This document shows, one piece after another, positions 27,257-38,642 of a stretch of DNA of 63,916 bases. Within the stretch, counting starts at the first letter, position 1; every line of letters starts with the position of its first letter. The DNA comes from an uncultured Haliangium sp. (lineage in GTDB: Bacteria; Pseudomonadota; Gammaproteobacteria; GCA-001735895). The notes under the pieces were generated by a model. It saw nothing but the letters and a program-made list of their open reading frames with translations. It did not search any database and had not been told where the DNA came from. Location: the NCBI GenBank assembly GCA_964195735.1, contig CAXMQY010000021.1, forward strand, positions 1 through 63,916, written 5' to 3'. The translations under genes and the position numbers were made by a program.

Positions 27257-28623
27257 TCTCGCTGTCATTGAAGACGCTGGCCGAGGTGCTCGGTGCGAAA
27301 CCCTGCGACCAGGCCGATACCCGCTTTCGCGGCGTTACCATCGACAGTCGTCAATCCTGCGAGGGCAAGTTGTTTGTCGCCATCAAGGGAGATAATTTCG
27401 ACGGCCATCAATTTGTCGAGACCGCCTACCGCAACGGTGCGGTGGTGGCGCTGGTGGAAACCCGCCTGCCCTGCGACATCGCGCAAATCGTAGTCGAGGA
27501 TTGCAAGCGCGCCATGGGTCGGCTGGCCAATTACTGGCGGCACCAGTGCGATCCCCGCGTCATAGCGCTGACCGGCAGCAACGGTAAGACCACGGTCAAG
27601 GAGATGCTCTACCAGGTGTTGGAGCGCCAGGCGCCGACGCTGGCGACGCAAGGTAATTTCAACAACGATATCGGCCTGCCATTGACGCTGTTTGGACTGG
27701 CGCCGACGCATCGATACGCGGTTATTGAAATGGGTGCGAACCACCGTGGCGAGATCGCGCGCCTGGCCGAGATCGCCGAGCCTGATATTGTTTATGTTAA
27801 TAATGTGGCCGCCGCTCATCTGGCTGGTTTCGGCGATATCCAGGGCGTCATCGAGGCCAAGGGAGAGCTTTACGCATACTGTGAACCGCGCCACATGGCC
27901 CTGTTCAATGTCGATGAAGTCGCGAGCCTTTACTGGCGCGAACACTGCGCCGCGGTGACGCAACTCGAGTGCGGGCTGGACAAGCCGGCCGATGTCAGCG
28001 CGAGCTGGGTCAATGGTTCCGATAACCTCGAGATCGAATTCAGTTACGGTGACGAAACGAATGCCTGTCAGCTCGCCGTTATCGGCGAACACAATGTGCG
28101 CAATGCGCTTGCCGCGGTATCGTTGGCCTTGCTGGCGGGGATTGAACTTGCGTCGGCGGTCGCTGGCCTTGCCGGATTTTCAGGCGTGAAGGGCAGGCTG
28201 CAGACGTTGCCCGGGCCAGGGGGTAGTCGCCTGATCGATGACAGCTACAACGCCAACCCGGAATCCCTCGATGCGGGGCTCAAGGTGCTGTGTTCGTTGC
28301 AGGGTTCGCCCTGGCTCGCGCTTGGCGACATGGCCGAACTCGGTGCGGAAGAGATCGAATTGCATCGTCAGGCGGCCCGTAGCGCGCGTCGCCACGGTGT
28401 CGAGAAATTTTTCGGTGTCGGCGAAATGAGTTGTATCGCCAGTCGCGAGTTTGGCGATGGCGGATCCTGCCACGACAATATCGAAGACATTGCGAACGCC
28501 ATCCTGGCGCAGATTCACGCCGGTGTGAACCTGCTGGTGAAAGGTTCGCGTGCCGCGAGCATGGAGCGACTGATCGCGCGATTAACGGAAACCAGTCATT
28601 CGGGAGATACCAATGCTTTATAG
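27253..28623 (+). CDS. murF: UDP-N-acetylmuramoyl-tripeptide--D-alanyl-D-alanine ligase
   Basis: GSNGKTT P-loop; Mur ligase family; canonical dcw position. Confidence 0.93.
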   Translation: MISLSLKTLAEVLGAKPCDQADTRFRGVTIDSRQSCEGKLFVAIKGDNFDGHQFVETAYRNGAVVALVETRLPCDIAQIVVEDCKRAMGRLANYWRHQCDPRVIALTGSNGKTTVKEMLYQVLERQAPTLATQGNFNNDIGLPLTLFGLAPTHRYAVIEMGANHRGEIARLAEIAEPDIVYVNNVAAAHLAGFGDIQGVIEAKGELYAYCEPRHMALFNVDEVASLYWREHCAAVTQLECGLDKPADVSASWVNGSDNLEIEFSYGDETNACQLAVIGEHNVRNALAAVSLALLAGIELASAVAGLAGFSGVKGRLQTLPGPGGSRLIDDSYNANPESLDAGLKVLCSLQGSPWLALGDMAELGAEEIELHRQAARSARRHGVEKFFGVGEMSCIASREFGDGGSCHDNIEDIANAILAQIHAGVNLLVKGSRAASMERLIARLTETSHSGDTNAL

Positions 28624-29695
28624 CCTGTCGGAGTATCTCACCCAGTATCACAGCGGTTTCAACGTATTCCAGTACCTGACCATGCGCACCATTTTGGGTG
28701 TGTTGACGGCATTGATCATCTCACTGATCGTCGGCCCGGTCATGATCAGTTACCTGAATAGCTATAATATCGGCCAGAACGTTCGCAGCGATGGCCCGGA
28801 AAGCCACCTCTCCAAGGCCGGAACGCCGACCATGGGCGGTGCCCTGATCCTGGTTGCAATCGTCACCAGCACGCTGCTGTGGAGCGACCTGTCGTCGCGC
28901 TTCGTCTGGGTGATCCTGTTCGTCACTATCGGCTTCGGCATAGTCGGCTGGGTCGACGATTACAAGAAGATCGTGTTCGGCAACTCCAAGGGTCTGTCGG
29001 CGCGGATGAAGATTTTCTGGCAATCGCTGATCGGCCTGAGTGCTGCGCTGGTGTTGTTTCACACCGCGCAGTTTCCAATTGAAACCCAGCTCATCGTGCC
29101 CTTTATCAAGGACATCCTGATCGACCTGGGCTGGCTTTACATCGTGCTGACCTATTTTGTCATCGTCGGCAGCAGCAACGCGGTTAACCTGACCGACGGC
29201 CTCGACGGGCTGGCGATACTGCCGACGGTACTGGTCGGCGGCGCGCTCGGCGTATTCGCCTATCTCACCGGCAACTTCAACTTCTCCAACTACCTCGGCA
29301 TTCCCTACGTTCCCGGCGTTGGAGAAATGGTCGTTTTCTGCGGTGCGCTGGTCGGTGCCGGGCTCGGTTTCCTTTGGTTTAACACCTACCCGGCGCAGGT
29401 GTTCATGGGTGACGTCGGTGCGCTCGCGCTCGGCGCGGCGCTCGGTACGGTGGCTGTCATTGTGCGCCAGGAGATCGTGCTGTTCATCATGGGGGGCATC
29501 TTTGTCGCGGAAACCTTTTCTGTGATGCTGCAGGTCGCATCCTTCAAGTTGACCGGGCGACGAGTATTTCGCATGGCGCCATTGCACCATCACTACGAAC
29601 TCAAGGGTTGGCCGGAACCGCGCATCATTGTGCGCTTCTGGATTATCACCGTGGTGCTGGTGCTGATCGGCCTGGCGAGCCTGAAATTACGGTGA
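28613..29695 (+). CDS. mraY: Phospho-N-acetylmuramoyl-pentapeptide transferase
   Basis: 360 aa, 10 TM segments, with [13 protein letters not shown] and HHHYE motifs. Confidence 0.95.
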   Translation: MLYSLSEYLTQYHSGFNVFQYLTMRTILGVLTALIISLIVGPVMISYLNSYNIGQNVRSDGPESHLSKAGTPTMGGALILVAIVTSTLLWSDLSSRFVWVILFVTIGFGIVGWVDDYKKIVFGNSKGLSARMKIFWQSLIGLSAALVLFHTAQFPIETQLIVPFIKDILIDLGWLYIVLTYFVIVGSSNAVNLTDGLDGLAILPTVLVGGALGVFAYLTGNFNFSNYLGIPYVPGVGEMVVFCGALVGAGLGFLWFNTYPAQVFMGDVGALALGAALGTVAVIVRQEIVLFIMGGIFVAETFSVMLQVASFKLTGRRVFRMAPLHHHYELKGWPEPRIIVRFWIITVVLVLIGLASLKLR

Positions 29696-31038
29696 TGTTT
29701 AACGTGAGGCAACAGACGACAGCATTAGCCGATGTAAACTACCTGGTCGTTGGCCTGGGTTTGAGCGGGTATTCCAGTGCGCGCTTTTTACTGCGTCACG
29801 GCTATTGCTGCCGGGTGCAGGATACCCGTGACCTGCCTCCGTACCTCGTCAGGCTGCGCGATGAGTTTGACGGGTTCGAATTTCTTGCCGGGCCGCTGGA
29901 CACCGAAATGACAGACTGGGCCGATGTGATCGTGGTCAGCCCCGGTGTTACGGTGCGCCAGGCGCCAATTCAGGAAGCCGTGGAGAGCGGCAAAACTCTG
30001 CTTGGCGATATCGAGCTGTTCGCACAACTGGTGGACAAACCGGTGGTCGCCATTACTGGCTCCAACGGCAAGAGCACGGTGACCACGTTGGTCGGCGAAA
30101 TGATCCGCTGCGATCAGCAGTCGGTCGCCATCGGCGGCAATCTCGGCACGCCGGCGCTGGATTTGCTCGAACAGGGCGCCGAGTACTACGTGCTCGAGCT
30201 GTCCAGCTACCAGTTGGAAACCACGACTTCGCTGCGCCCACGCGTGGCGGCGCTGCTCAACCTGAGTGAAGACCATCTCGACCGTTACCCCAGTTACGCG
30301 GATTATGTCGAGGCCAAGTTGCGTGTCTACGATAATGCCGAGATCTGTGTCAGTAATCTCGACGACGAGCTGACGCGCCACGACGCCCGCGATGTCAGCT
30401 TCAGCCTGGACCCGCACAGCAATGCCGAATTTCGTCTGATCGAAGATGGCGCCTATTGGCTCGGTCATCGTGACGAGCCCTGGCTGCCGGTCGACCGGCT
30501 CGGCATCAGTGGTCGGCACAACTGGTCGAATGCGCTCGCGGCTATGGCAATTGCGCATCGCCTGGGTATTTCGCGGGAGGCCATTGTCAGCGCCCTGCAG
30601 GATTTCCGCGGCATAGCGCATCGCAGCCAATGGGTTGCCGAGGTGAATGGCGTGGAATGGATCAATGATTCCAAGGCAACTAACGTCGGTGCGGCGCAGG
30701 CGTCGATCGACGGCCGCGATCGCCCGGTGATCCTGATCGCGGGTGGCCAGTCCAAGGGCGCCGATATGTCGCTCCTGCTCGACAGCCTTCGCCAAAAAGT
30801 GAAGCGGGCCCTGTTGCTCGGCGAGGATGCCGAGCGCTTGCAGCAGGCCTGGCAGGGCGCGACCGAGATCGAACGCGTCGACAGCATGCGCATGGCGGTG
30901 CAGCGCGCCAGCCAGGTAGCCGAGCATGGTGACTGCGTGCTGCTGGCGCCGGCTTGTGCGAGTTTCGACATGTACCCGAAATTCGAGGCGCGTGGCGACG
31001 ACTTCATGCAATGCGTGCGGGAGCTGGTTGATGGTTAG
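29695..31038 (+). CDS. murD: UDP-N-acetylmuramoylalanine--D-glutamate ligase
   Basis: The ATG at 29695 overlaps the mraY stop (TGATG). VVGLGLSGYS and GSNGKST motifs. The ORF track start at 29608 is too long. Confidence 0.92.
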   Translation: MFNVRQQTTALADVNYLVVGLGLSGYSSARFLLRHGYCCRVQDTRDLPPYLVRLRDEFDGFEFLAGPLDTEMTDWADVIVVSPGVTVRQAPIQEAVESGKTLLGDIELFAQLVDKPVVAITGSNGKSTVTTLVGEMIRCDQQSVAIGGNLGTPALDLLEQGAEYYVLELSSYQLETTTSLRPRVAALLNLSEDHLDRYPSYADYVEAKLRVYDNAEICVSNLDDELTRHDARDVSFSLDPHSNAEFRLIEDGAYWLGHRDEPWLPVDRLGISGRHNWSNALAAMAIAHRLGISREAIVSALQDFRGIAHRSQWVAEVNGVEWINDSKATNVGAAQASIDGRDRPVILIAGGQSKGADMSLLLDSLRQKVKRALLLGEDAERLQQAWQGATEIERVDSMRMAVQRASQVAEHGDCVLLAPACASFDMYPKFEARGDDFMQCVRELVDG

Positions 31039-32230
31039 TCAGGCGATTAGAACTGACAAGACGACACCGAATGTCGGGATCGAGCTGGCGGTGGGTTACG
31101 ATCGCGTTATCCTGTTGCTGTACCTGGTGCTGATTTGCCTCGGCCTGGTGATGGTGGCGTCGGCATCGATAGGCATAGCCGATCAGCAAACCGGCGATCC
31201 CTTCTTCTATGCCAAGCGCCAGTTCCTGCGCATTATGCTGAGCCTCGTACTGCTTTGGTTCGCCTGCCGCATCCCGCTCAGTTTCTGGAACCGCAATGGC
31301 ATGATGTTGATGCTCGGTTCAATCGTTTTGCTGGCCATCGTGTTGATTCCGGGCGTTGGGCATACTGTCAATGGCGCCACGCGCTGGTTGAATTTTGGAC
31401 TGTTCACCTTCCAGGTGTCCGAGATTGCCAAGCTGTTTCTGATTATTTACCTGAGCGGATACCTGCTGCGCCGTGGCGATGAAGTGCAGACCAATACCAT
31501 GGGATTCATCAAGCCGATGCTGATCCTGGCGATGGCCAGCGGCCTGCTGGTGCTGGAGCCCGATTTTGGCGCAGCCGCGGTGCTGCTGATGACCGGTCTC
31601 GGGCTGATATTCCTGGGTGGCGTGCGCTTTGGCCAGTTTCTGTTATTCGTGACCGGCACGCTTTGCATCATGGGCTTGCTGGCAGTGTCGTCGCCATACC
31701 GGCTGGCGCGCATCACCTCGTTCCTCGATCCCTGGGCAGATCCGTTCAACAGCGGCTTCCAGTTGACGCAATCGCTGATCGCGATTGGCAGCGGCGGCTG
31801 GTTCGGGTCGGGTCTCGGCGGTAGCGTGCAGAAATTGTTTTACCTGCCGGAAGCGCACACCGACTTCCTGTTTGCGATCTACGCCGAGGAATTCGGCTTT
31901 GTCGGCCAGGTTTGCCTGATCGCTCTGTTCGGCCTGTTCGCGCTGCGCTGTTTCGGCATCGCCAGGCTCGCGTTGCAGCGTGAGCAGCCTTTTGGCGCTT
32001 ATCTCGCCTATGGCGTCGGCCTGTTGATCACGCTACAGGCGGTTATCAACATCGGTGTCAACATGGGCGCGCTGCCCACCAAGGGCCTGACCCTGCCGCT
32101 CGTCAGTTATGGTGGCAATTCGATCATGGCCATGTCCTTTGCGGTCGGCCTGGTGCTGCGCGTCTACTTCGAGTGCGTGGTCGGTGACAGCGGCGCGCCG
32201 CCGCGCAAACACGTGACGGTGAGCGCATGA
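31031..32230 (+). CDS. ftsW: Peptidoglycan glycosyltransferase FtsW (SEDS family)
   Basis: Polytopic SEDS protein in the canonical position. The ATG at 31031 overlaps the murD end. Confidence 0.9.
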   Translation: MVSQAIRTDKTTPNVGIELAVGYDRVILLLYLVLICLGLVMVASASIGIADQQTGDPFFYAKRQFLRIMLSLVLLWFACRIPLSFWNRNGMMLMLGSIVLLAIVLIPGVGHTVNGATRWLNFGLFTFQVSEIAKLFLIIYLSGYLLRRGDEVQTNTMGFIKPMLILAMASGLLVLEPDFGAAAVLLMTGLGLIFLGGVRFGQFLLFVTGTLCIMGLLAVSSPYRLARITSFLDPWADPFNSGFQLTQSLIAIGSGGWFGSGLGGSVQKLFYLPEAHTDFLFAIYAEEFGFVGQVCLIALFGLFALRCFGIARLALQREQPFGAYLAYGVGLLITLQAVINIGVNMGALPTKGLTLPLVSYGGNSIMAMSFAVGLVLRVYFECVVGDSGAPPRKHVTVSA

Positions 32231-33321
32231 ATCGCGCCGTGCAACAACCCATCCTGGTGATGGCCGGAGGAACCGGGGGGCATGTATTTCCGGCCCTTGC
32301 GGTCGCCGAAGTGCTGCGCGAACGTGGCGAGCAAGTCATCTGGCTCGGCACCCGTGCGGGTATCGAGGCGCGCGTGGCGCCGACGGCGAACATTGCGATC
32401 GAGTGGCTCAATGTGCAGGGGTTGCGCGGCAAGGGATTTGCGACCCTGTTGCTGGCGCCGTTTCGATTGCTGCGCGCCTGCTGGCAGGCGCTCGGGATTT
32501 TACGGCGCATCCGACCCAAGGCCGTGCTCGGCATGGGCGGCTTTGTTTCCGGTCCCGGCGGTCTGATAGCCTGGATGCTGAACATACCCCTGTTTTTGCA
32601 CGAGCAGAATGCCGTCGTCGGCCTGACCAATCGAATTCTGAGCCGCTTCGCCACTGGCGTTTTTGTCGCCTTCCCGCAGGCGGCAGAGACGATTGCCGGG
32701 TCTGAGTGCATCGGTAACCCGATACGCGCCGGATTCGGGCGCGTGCTGGGCCCCAGCGAACGCCTGAAGGTACGCATCGACGCGCCACTGCAATTGCTGG
32801 TGATCGGGGGCAGTCTCGGAGCCGCTGCACTGAACCGGATCGTGCCACAGGCGGTAGCCATTCTCGAACGCGATCAGCGACCGCGCGTTTGGCATCAATG
32901 CGGCGACAAGCATCTGTCGGACTGCCAGCAAAACTACACACAGGCACGGGTCGAGGCCAACGTCGTCAGCTTCATCGACGACATGCCGACCGCCTATGCC
33001 TGGGCGGACCTCGTAGTATGCCGCGCCGGAGCGCTGACGATTGCCGAGTTGAGCGCGGTCGGGCTGGCCTCCTTGCTGATTCCGTTTCCCTACGCGGTGG
33101 ACAACCACCAGTACCACAACGCACGTCACCTGGAACAACAGGATGCGGCGCAGGTGCTGCTCGAAGAGAGCCTCAGCCCTGAAAGCCTCGCGCTTAAGCT
33201 GCAGTTCTTTCAGCAGAACCGGGCACGCCTGGTGGAAATGGCTATGAATGCGCGTGCCGGCTTCCAGGCAGATGCCGGCGAACGTCTGGCCACTGCAGTA
33301 ATTGCGGGGGCAAAAACATGA
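32227..33321 (+). CDS. murG: UDP-N-acetylglucosamine--N-acetylmuramyl-(pentapeptide) pyrophosphoryl-undecaprenol GlcNAc transferase
   Basis: N-terminus [18 protein letters not shown]; 364 aa. Confidence 0.93.
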   Translation: MNRAVQQPILVMAGGTGGHVFPALAVAEVLRERGEQVIWLGTRAGIEARVAPTANIAIEWLNVQGLRGKGFATLLLAPFRLLRACWQALGILRRIRPKAVLGMGGFVSGPGGLIAWMLNIPLFLHEQNAVVGLTNRILSRFATGVFVAFPQAAETIAGSECIGNPIRAGFGRVLGPSERLKVRIDAPLQLLVIGGSLGAAALNRIVPQAVAILERDQRPRVWHQCGDKHLSDCQQNYTQARVEANVVSFIDDMPTAYAWADLVVCRAGALTIAELSAVGLASLLIPFPYAVDNHQYHNARHLEQQDAAQVLLEESLSPESLALKLQFFQQNRARLVEMAMNARAGFQADAGERLATAVIAGAKT

Positions 33322-34745
33322 CAGTTAGTTCAAAACACTTCATGCGGCGTATTCGCAACATCCATTTTATTGGCATAGGCGGCGCCGGCATGAGTGGCAT
33401 CGCCGAGGTTTTTCATAACCTGGGCTACCGCATAAGCGGTTCGGATATTGCCGAAAGCGCGATGGTGCGGCACTTGCGCGAGCTCGGTATCGAGATCGCC
33501 ATCGGTCATCGGCAGGACAATGTCGTCGAGGCGCATGTCGTCGTGGTATCGACCGCGATCGATGAAGACAACCCGGAAGTCGAGCATGCGCGCGAGTTGC
33601 GTATACCTGTGGTGCGACGCGCGGAAATGCTGGCCGAACTGATGCGTTTTCGCCGCGGCATCGCGGTTGCCGGCACGCACGGCAAAACTACCACGACGAG
33701 CCTGGTGGCGAGCGTACTCGCGCAGGGTGATATCGATCCGACCTACGTCATCGGCGGCAAGTTGATCAGCTCCGGTAGCCATGCCCGGTTGGGCTTGAGC
33801 GATTACCTGGTCGCCGAGGCGGACGAAAGCGATGCATCCTTCCTGTACCTGCAACCGATGATGGCAATCGTCACCAACATCGACAGGGATCACTTGTCGA
33901 CCTACGAGGGCGACTTCGAGCGGTTGAAGGCGACTTTTATCGAATTTTTGCATCACCTGCCGTTTTACGGGCTGGCGGTGTTGTGCATCGACGACCCGGT
34001 GGTGCGCGAGGTCATGCCTGGCGTGGCGCGGCCCATGCTGACCTACGGTGAATCCGAGGATGCCGACGTGCGCATTACCGACGTCGTAGCGCGCGGAGTG
34101 CGCACCAGCTTCAGCGTCACCCTGCCGGACAGTGACGACAAGCTCGATATCGAGCTCAACATGCCCGGCAAGCACAATGTGCTGAACGCGACGGCGGCGA
34201 TTAGTATCGCCTGGGAACTCGGCGTGGCGCGCAGCGCGATCGCCGAGTCGCTGTCGGTTTTTTCCGGCATCGGCCGGCGTTGCCAGATCAGCGATAATGT
34301 CGCGGTCGCCAATGGGCAGGTCATGCACATCGACGACTATGGTCACCACCCCAATGAAATAGCAGCAACGTTGTCGGGTATCCGCGCGGCCTGGCCGAAG
34401 AAGCGGCTGGCGGTGCTGTTTCAGCCGCATCGCTACTCGCGTACGCGCGACCTGTTCGAGGATTTCTCCCAGGTGCTGGCGGACGTCGATCAGTTGATAT
34501 TGCTCGATGTCTACCCGGCCGGTGAAAGTCACATCAAGGATGCCGATGGGCGCGCGCTGGCGCGCTCGATACGCGCGCGCGGCAAGGTCGATCCCGTTTT
34601 CGTGGAAGAACTGTCCGGACTCGACGAAGTCGTCGAAACCGTACTACAGGACGGCGATATATTCGTGACTCTCGGGGCTGGCAGTATCGGCGCCTGGGCC
34701 GCCGATTTCCTGGCTCGGCATCGGGCCGGGGGCGACGTTAAATGA
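33318..34745 (+). CDS. murC: UDP-N-acetylmuramate--L-alanine ligase
   Basis: [17 protein letters not shown] and [10 protein letters not shown] motifs. Confidence 0.93.
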   Translation: MTVSSKHFMRRIRNIHFIGIGGAGMSGIAEVFHNLGYRISGSDIAESAMVRHLRELGIEIAIGHRQDNVVEAHVVVVSTAIDEDNPEVEHARELRIPVVRRAEMLAELMRFRRGIAVAGTHGKTTTTSLVASVLAQGDIDPTYVIGGKLISSGSHARLGLSDYLVAEADESDASFLYLQPMMAIVTNIDRDHLSTYEGDFERLKATFIEFLHHLPFYGLAVLCIDDPVVREVMPGVARPMLTYGESEDADVRITDVVARGVRTSFSVTLPDSDDKLDIELNMPGKHNVLNATAAISIAWELGVARSAIAESLSVFSGIGRRCQISDNVAVANGQVMHIDDYGHHPNEIAATLSGIRAAWPKKRLAVLFQPHRYSRTRDLFEDFSQVLADVDQLILLDVYPAGESHIKDADGRALARSIRARGKVDPVFVEELSGLDEVVETVLQDGDIFVTLGAGSIGAWAADFLARHRAGGDVK

Positions 34746-35638
34746 ACGCGGCCCGCAACAAGCTGCCGATGCGCGGCAAACTGCTACTGAACGAGCCCAT
34801 GGCGAAGCACACCAGCTGGCGCCTGGGAGGGCCCGCCGATCGCTACTACGTTCCCGCGGATTTGCAGGATTTGCAGCATTTCCTCGCCTCGCTGGACGCC
34901 GACACGGAGCTGCTTTGGGTCGGTCTTGGTAGCAACCTGCTGGTGCGAGACGGTGGTTTTCGCGGCCAGGTAATCGCGCCTCTGAATGCGCTCAAGCGGA
35001 TGGAACTACAAATTGATGGCGACCTTTACGCCGAATGTGGCAGCAGTTGCGCACGGCTGGCGAAGTTTTGCCAGAAAAAGGGCCTCGGCGGCGCCGATTT
35101 CTTCGCGGGTATTCCCGGTACCGTCGGCGGTGCGCTGGCGATGAATGCCGGCGCCTTCGGTGGTGAAACCTGGACCGCGGTGAAACAGCTGATCATGATC
35201 GACCGGAAGGGTGAGTTGCATCAGCGCGAAGTCGACGAATTCGACGTGGGTTATCGCAAGGTGCGCTTGCCACGGGCGGAATGGTTCGCCGCCGCGCTGT
35301 TCCACTTCGCACCGCGTGATGCCAGTGAGGAATCCAACATCCGCCAACTGCTGCGCCAGCGCAACGCCACGCAACCAATCGGCGAACCCTCCTGTGGATC
35401 GGTGTTCAAGAATCCGCCAGGGCAACATGCAGCGCAATTGATCGAGGCGGCCGGCCTCAAGGGGCACAGGCTCGGCGGTGCGCGTGTGTCGGACAAGCAC
35501 GCCAACTTCATCATCAGCGACAGCGATACCCGTGCCGCCGATGTCGAGGCGCTTATCGATCACGTCCGTGAGTGTGTCGCGGCGCAATCCAGTGTCGAGC
35601 TCGAGACCGAAGTGCACATCGTGGGGGAGGCGTCATGA
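34742..35638 (+). CDS. murB: UDP-N-acetylenolpyruvoylglucosamine reductase
   Basis: FAD-binding MurB pattern ([17 protein letters not shown]). Confidence 0.92.
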   Translation: MNAARNKLPMRGKLLLNEPMAKHTSWRLGGPADRYYVPADLQDLQHFLASLDADTELLWVGLGSNLLVRDGGFRGQVIAPLNALKRMELQIDGDLYAECGSSCARLAKFCQKKGLGGADFFAGIPGTVGGALAMNAGAFGGETWTAVKQLIMIDRKGELHQREVDEFDVGYRKVRLPRAEWFAAALFHFAPRDASEESNIRQLLRQRNATQPIGEPSCGSVFKNPPGQHAAQLIEAAGLKGHRLGGARVSDKHANFIISDSDTRAADVEALIDHVRECVAAQSSVELETEVHIVGEAS

Positions 35639-36603
35639 CCCTGCAATTGCCGAGGCCCGCCGCCGATACCGCGGCAAAATGCGGTCGCGTCGCGGTGCTG
35701 ATGGGTGGCGACTCGGCCGAACGCGCAGTCTCGCTGAAAAGCGGCAACGCGGTCTACCAGGCTCTGCTCAGTGCGGGCGTGGATGCGGTGCCTTTTGACC
35801 TGCACGGCCACGTGTTTCACCAGCTAAGCGAACTCAGCGCTGACCGGGTGTTCAACCTGTTGCATGGACGTGGTGGCGAGGACGGTCGGATACGCTCGGT
35901 GCTCGACTTTCTCGGCATACCGAGTACCGGCAGCGACGTTTGTGCATCTGCGCTGACCATGGACAAGATCCTGACCAAGAAGGTCATTCGCTGCAGCGGT
36001 ATCCCCACGCCCGACTTCATCGAATTACACGATGAGTCCGATTGCGAGCGCCTGCTGGAGGAATTCGGTCTGCCGGTGTTCGTCAAGCCGGTTCTGGAAG
36101 GCTCGAGTATCGGCACCGCGCCGGTACACGAGGCCAGCGAGCTCTATCCCGCCTGGGATGCGGCACGCCGCTTCGGTGCGGTATTTGCCGAGCGCTTCGT
36201 CGATGGCGCCGAGTACACGGCAGGTTTTATCGGCGCCGAAGTGCTGCCGTTGATCAAGCTGGAGACCCCCAACGAATTTTACGATTACGAGGCCAAGTAC
36301 CTTGCAGACGATACCATTTATTCCTGCCCTTGCGGTCTCGATGACCAGCAGATCGCCGAGATCAACGACCTGGTGCTGAAAACCATGCGCGCCACCGGCG
36401 TAAGTGACTGGGGACGGATCGACCTGATGCTGGATCAGCAGCAGCGTCCGTGGATTATCGAGGTGAATACCGTGCCCGGCATGACCGACCACAGCCTGAT
36501 CCCGATGGCAGGGCGCGCCGCCGGGCTGGAAATGCCCGATCTGGTGCTCAGTATTCTGGCTGCAACCCTGACCGGAGATGAAAATCATGTTCAAGTTGCG
36601 TAA
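35635..36603 (+). CDS. ddl: D-alanine--D-alanine ligase
   Basis: VAVLMGGDSAERAVSLKSG, EGSSIG and EVNTVPGMT motifs. The ATG at 35635 overlaps the murB stop (ATGA). Confidence 0.92.
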   Translation: MTLQLPRPAADTAAKCGRVAVLMGGDSAERAVSLKSGNAVYQALLSAGVDAVPFDLHGHVFHQLSELSADRVFNLLHGRGGEDGRIRSVLDFLGIPSTGSDVCASALTMDKILTKKVIRCSGIPTPDFIELHDESDCERLLEEFGLPVFVKPVLEGSSIGTAPVHEASELYPAWDAARRFGAVFAERFVDGAEYTAGFIGAEVLPLIKLETPNEFYDYEAKYLADDTIYSCPCGLDDQQIAEINDLVLKTMRATGVSDWGRIDLMLDQQQRPWIIEVNTVPGMTDHSLIPMAGRAAGLEMPDLVLSILAATLTGDENHVQVA

Positions 36604-37393
36604 GCAGGGTAACAAGCAGGCGAAGCGCAACCTGAAGGCGGCCCCGTCGCCGTCGTTCTCGCTGGGCTGGCGCAAGTCTTACAACTGGGGACTGTTAATA
36701 GTGCCGGTGTTGCTGAGTGGTTTCTATCTCAACCAGGCAAAGCAGATCCTGCCAATTCGCAGCATCCAGTTGCAGGCCAATTTCGAGAACCTGAATCGGC
36801 GCGAAATCGAGGCAACCCTGCGCGACTATATCGGTCAGGGATTCTTTTCGCTCGATATCCATGAGTTGCAACAGGCGCTCAAAGCGAGGCCCTGGACCGA
36901 GTCGGTTTCGGTACGGCGTGTCTGGCCGGATACCTTGCGCGTGGTGATTCGTGAACGCAAACCGGTTGCCCGCTGGGACGAGCAACACTTGTTGAGCAGC
37001 ACCGCGACCGTATACCTGGCTGACAGCAGCAACTTCATGCAGTTGCCGCTGGTGCATGCCGCCAATCATTCGCCAGGTTGGGCGCTGCGTCAGTTCCAAC
37101 GCCTGCGGACGCGATTCGAGGCGGTCGATGAACGCGTGGTGGCGCTTAGCGTGGATAGCCGCGGCGCCCTCGATGTGGAGTTGATCAATGGCCTGCAGAT
37201 CAAGCTCGGCCGCGACGAAATCATACACAAGATCGATCGGCTGGTGCGCATCTATCAACAGCAGATACTGCCGCGCCGCGAACAGATCGAGCGACTGGAC
37301 TTACGCTACAGCAACGGGTTTGCCGTGGCCTGGAAAAAAGAAGTGCTGCAGGGCAGCGACAAGGCGTCAATCTGGAGTAACAGTAATGTCTAA
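36578..37393 (+). CDS. ftsQ: Cell division protein FtsQ
   Basis: Single TM followed by a POTRA/FtsQ domain; canonical position. The start could be 36578 or 36587. Confidence 0.85.
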   Translation: MKIMFKLRKQGNKQAKRNLKAAPSPSFSLGWRKSYNWGLLIVPVLLSGFYLNQAKQILPIRSIQLQANFENLNRREIEATLRDYIGQGFFSLDIHELQQALKARPWTESVSVRRVWPDTLRVVIRERKPVARWDEQHLLSSTATVYLADSSNFMQLPLVHAANHSPGWALRQFQRLRTRFEAVDERVVALSVDSRGALDVELINGLQIKLGRDEIIHKIDRLVRIYQQQILPRREQIERLDLRYSNGFAVAWKKEVLQGSDKASIWSNSNV

Positions 37394-38621
37394 AAAGACA
37401 TCCGGGAACCTGATCGTGGGACTCGATATCGGTACCTCGAAGGTGGTCGCCATCGTTGGCGAGGTCACGGTAGAGGGCGATATCGAAATCATCGGTATCG
37501 GAACCCAGCCCTCGCGCGGGCTGAAAAAAGGCGTGGTCGTCAACATTGAATCGACGGTGCAATCAATACAGCGTGCGGTCGAGGAAGCCGAGTTGATGGC
37601 GGGATGCCAGATCCGCTCGGTTTTCGCCGGCATTGCAGGCAGTCACATCCGCAGCATCAATTCGCACGGTATCGTCGCCATCAAGGAAAAAGAGGTGACG
37701 ACCGCGGACGTCGCGCGCGTGATCGAGGCGGCCAAGGCGGTTGCGATTCCGGCCGACCAGCGCATCCTGCACGTGTTGCCGCAGGAGTTCATCATCGACA
37801 GCTCCGAAGGTATCCGCGACCCGATCAGCATGTCCGGCGTGCGCCTCGAAGCCAAGGTGCACCTGGTCACGGGCGCCGTGAGTGCGGCGCAGAATATCAT
37901 CAAGTGTGTGCGCCGCTGCGGACTGGAAGTGGATGATGTCATTCTCGAGCAACTGGCATCGTCCTGTTCGGTGCTGACCGACGATGAGAAAGAGCTCGGC
38001 GTCTGCCTGGTCGATATCGGCGGTGGCACGACCGATATCGCCGTGTTTTCCGACGGTGCTATCCGCCACACTGCAGTGATCCCTATTGCCGGGGACCAGG
38101 TCACCAATGATATTGCGGTTGCATTGCGTACCCCGACGCAGTACGCCAACGATTTGAAGATTCGCTACGCCTGCGCCCTGCGCCAGCTCGCTACCGATGA
38201 CGAAACCATCGAGGTGCCTAGCGTGGGTGATCGCGAACCGCGCCGCCTGGCGCGGCAGACGCTGGCCGAGGTCGTGGAGCCGCGTTACGAAGAGTTGTTA
38301 AGCCTGGTGCAGGCGGAATTGCGCCGCAGTGGCTTCGAACAAATATGCGCTGCCGGGGTCGTGTTGACCGGCGGTAGCTCGAAAATGGAAGGCGTAATCG
38401 AACTGGCGGAGGAGATATTCCACATGCCGGTTCGATTGGGTTATCCACAGTATGTAACGGGACTTGTCGACGTCGTGCGCAACCCGATTCATGCAACGGG
38501 TGTTGGCTTGTTGCTGTTTGGAAACAGGCAGCAAGCCGGCTTGTCCGGCTACAAGCTGGACGATCAAAATGAAGCCGGTCTTATGGCTAGGATGAAAAGC
38601 TGGTTTCAGGGTAATTTTTAA
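37386..38621 (+). CDS. ftsA: Cell division protein FtsA
   Basis: LIVGLDIGTSKV actin-fold phosphate-1 motif. The ATG at 37386 overlaps the ftsQ end. The ORF track start at 37188 is too long. Confidence 0.93.
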   Translation: MSKKTSGNLIVGLDIGTSKVVAIVGEVTVEGDIEIIGIGTQPSRGLKKGVVVNIESTVQSIQRAVEEAELMAGCQIRSVFAGIAGSHIRSINSHGIVAIKEKEVTTADVARVIEAAKAVAIPADQRILHVLPQEFIIDSSEGIRDPISMSGVRLEAKVHLVTGAVSAAQNIIKCVRRCGLEVDDVILEQLASSCSVLTDDEKELGVCLVDIGGGTTDIAVFSDGAIRHTAVIPIAGDQVTNDIAVALRTPTQYANDLKIRYACALRQLATDDETIEVPSVGDREPRRLARQTLAEVVEPRYEELLSLVQAELRRSGFEQICAAGVVLTGGSSKMEGVIELAEEIFHMPVRLGYPQYVTGLVDVVRNPIHATGVGLLLFGNRQQAGLSGYKLDDQNEAGLMARMKSWFQGNF

Positions 38622-38642
38622 TATGCAAGAGGAGACAGTAAT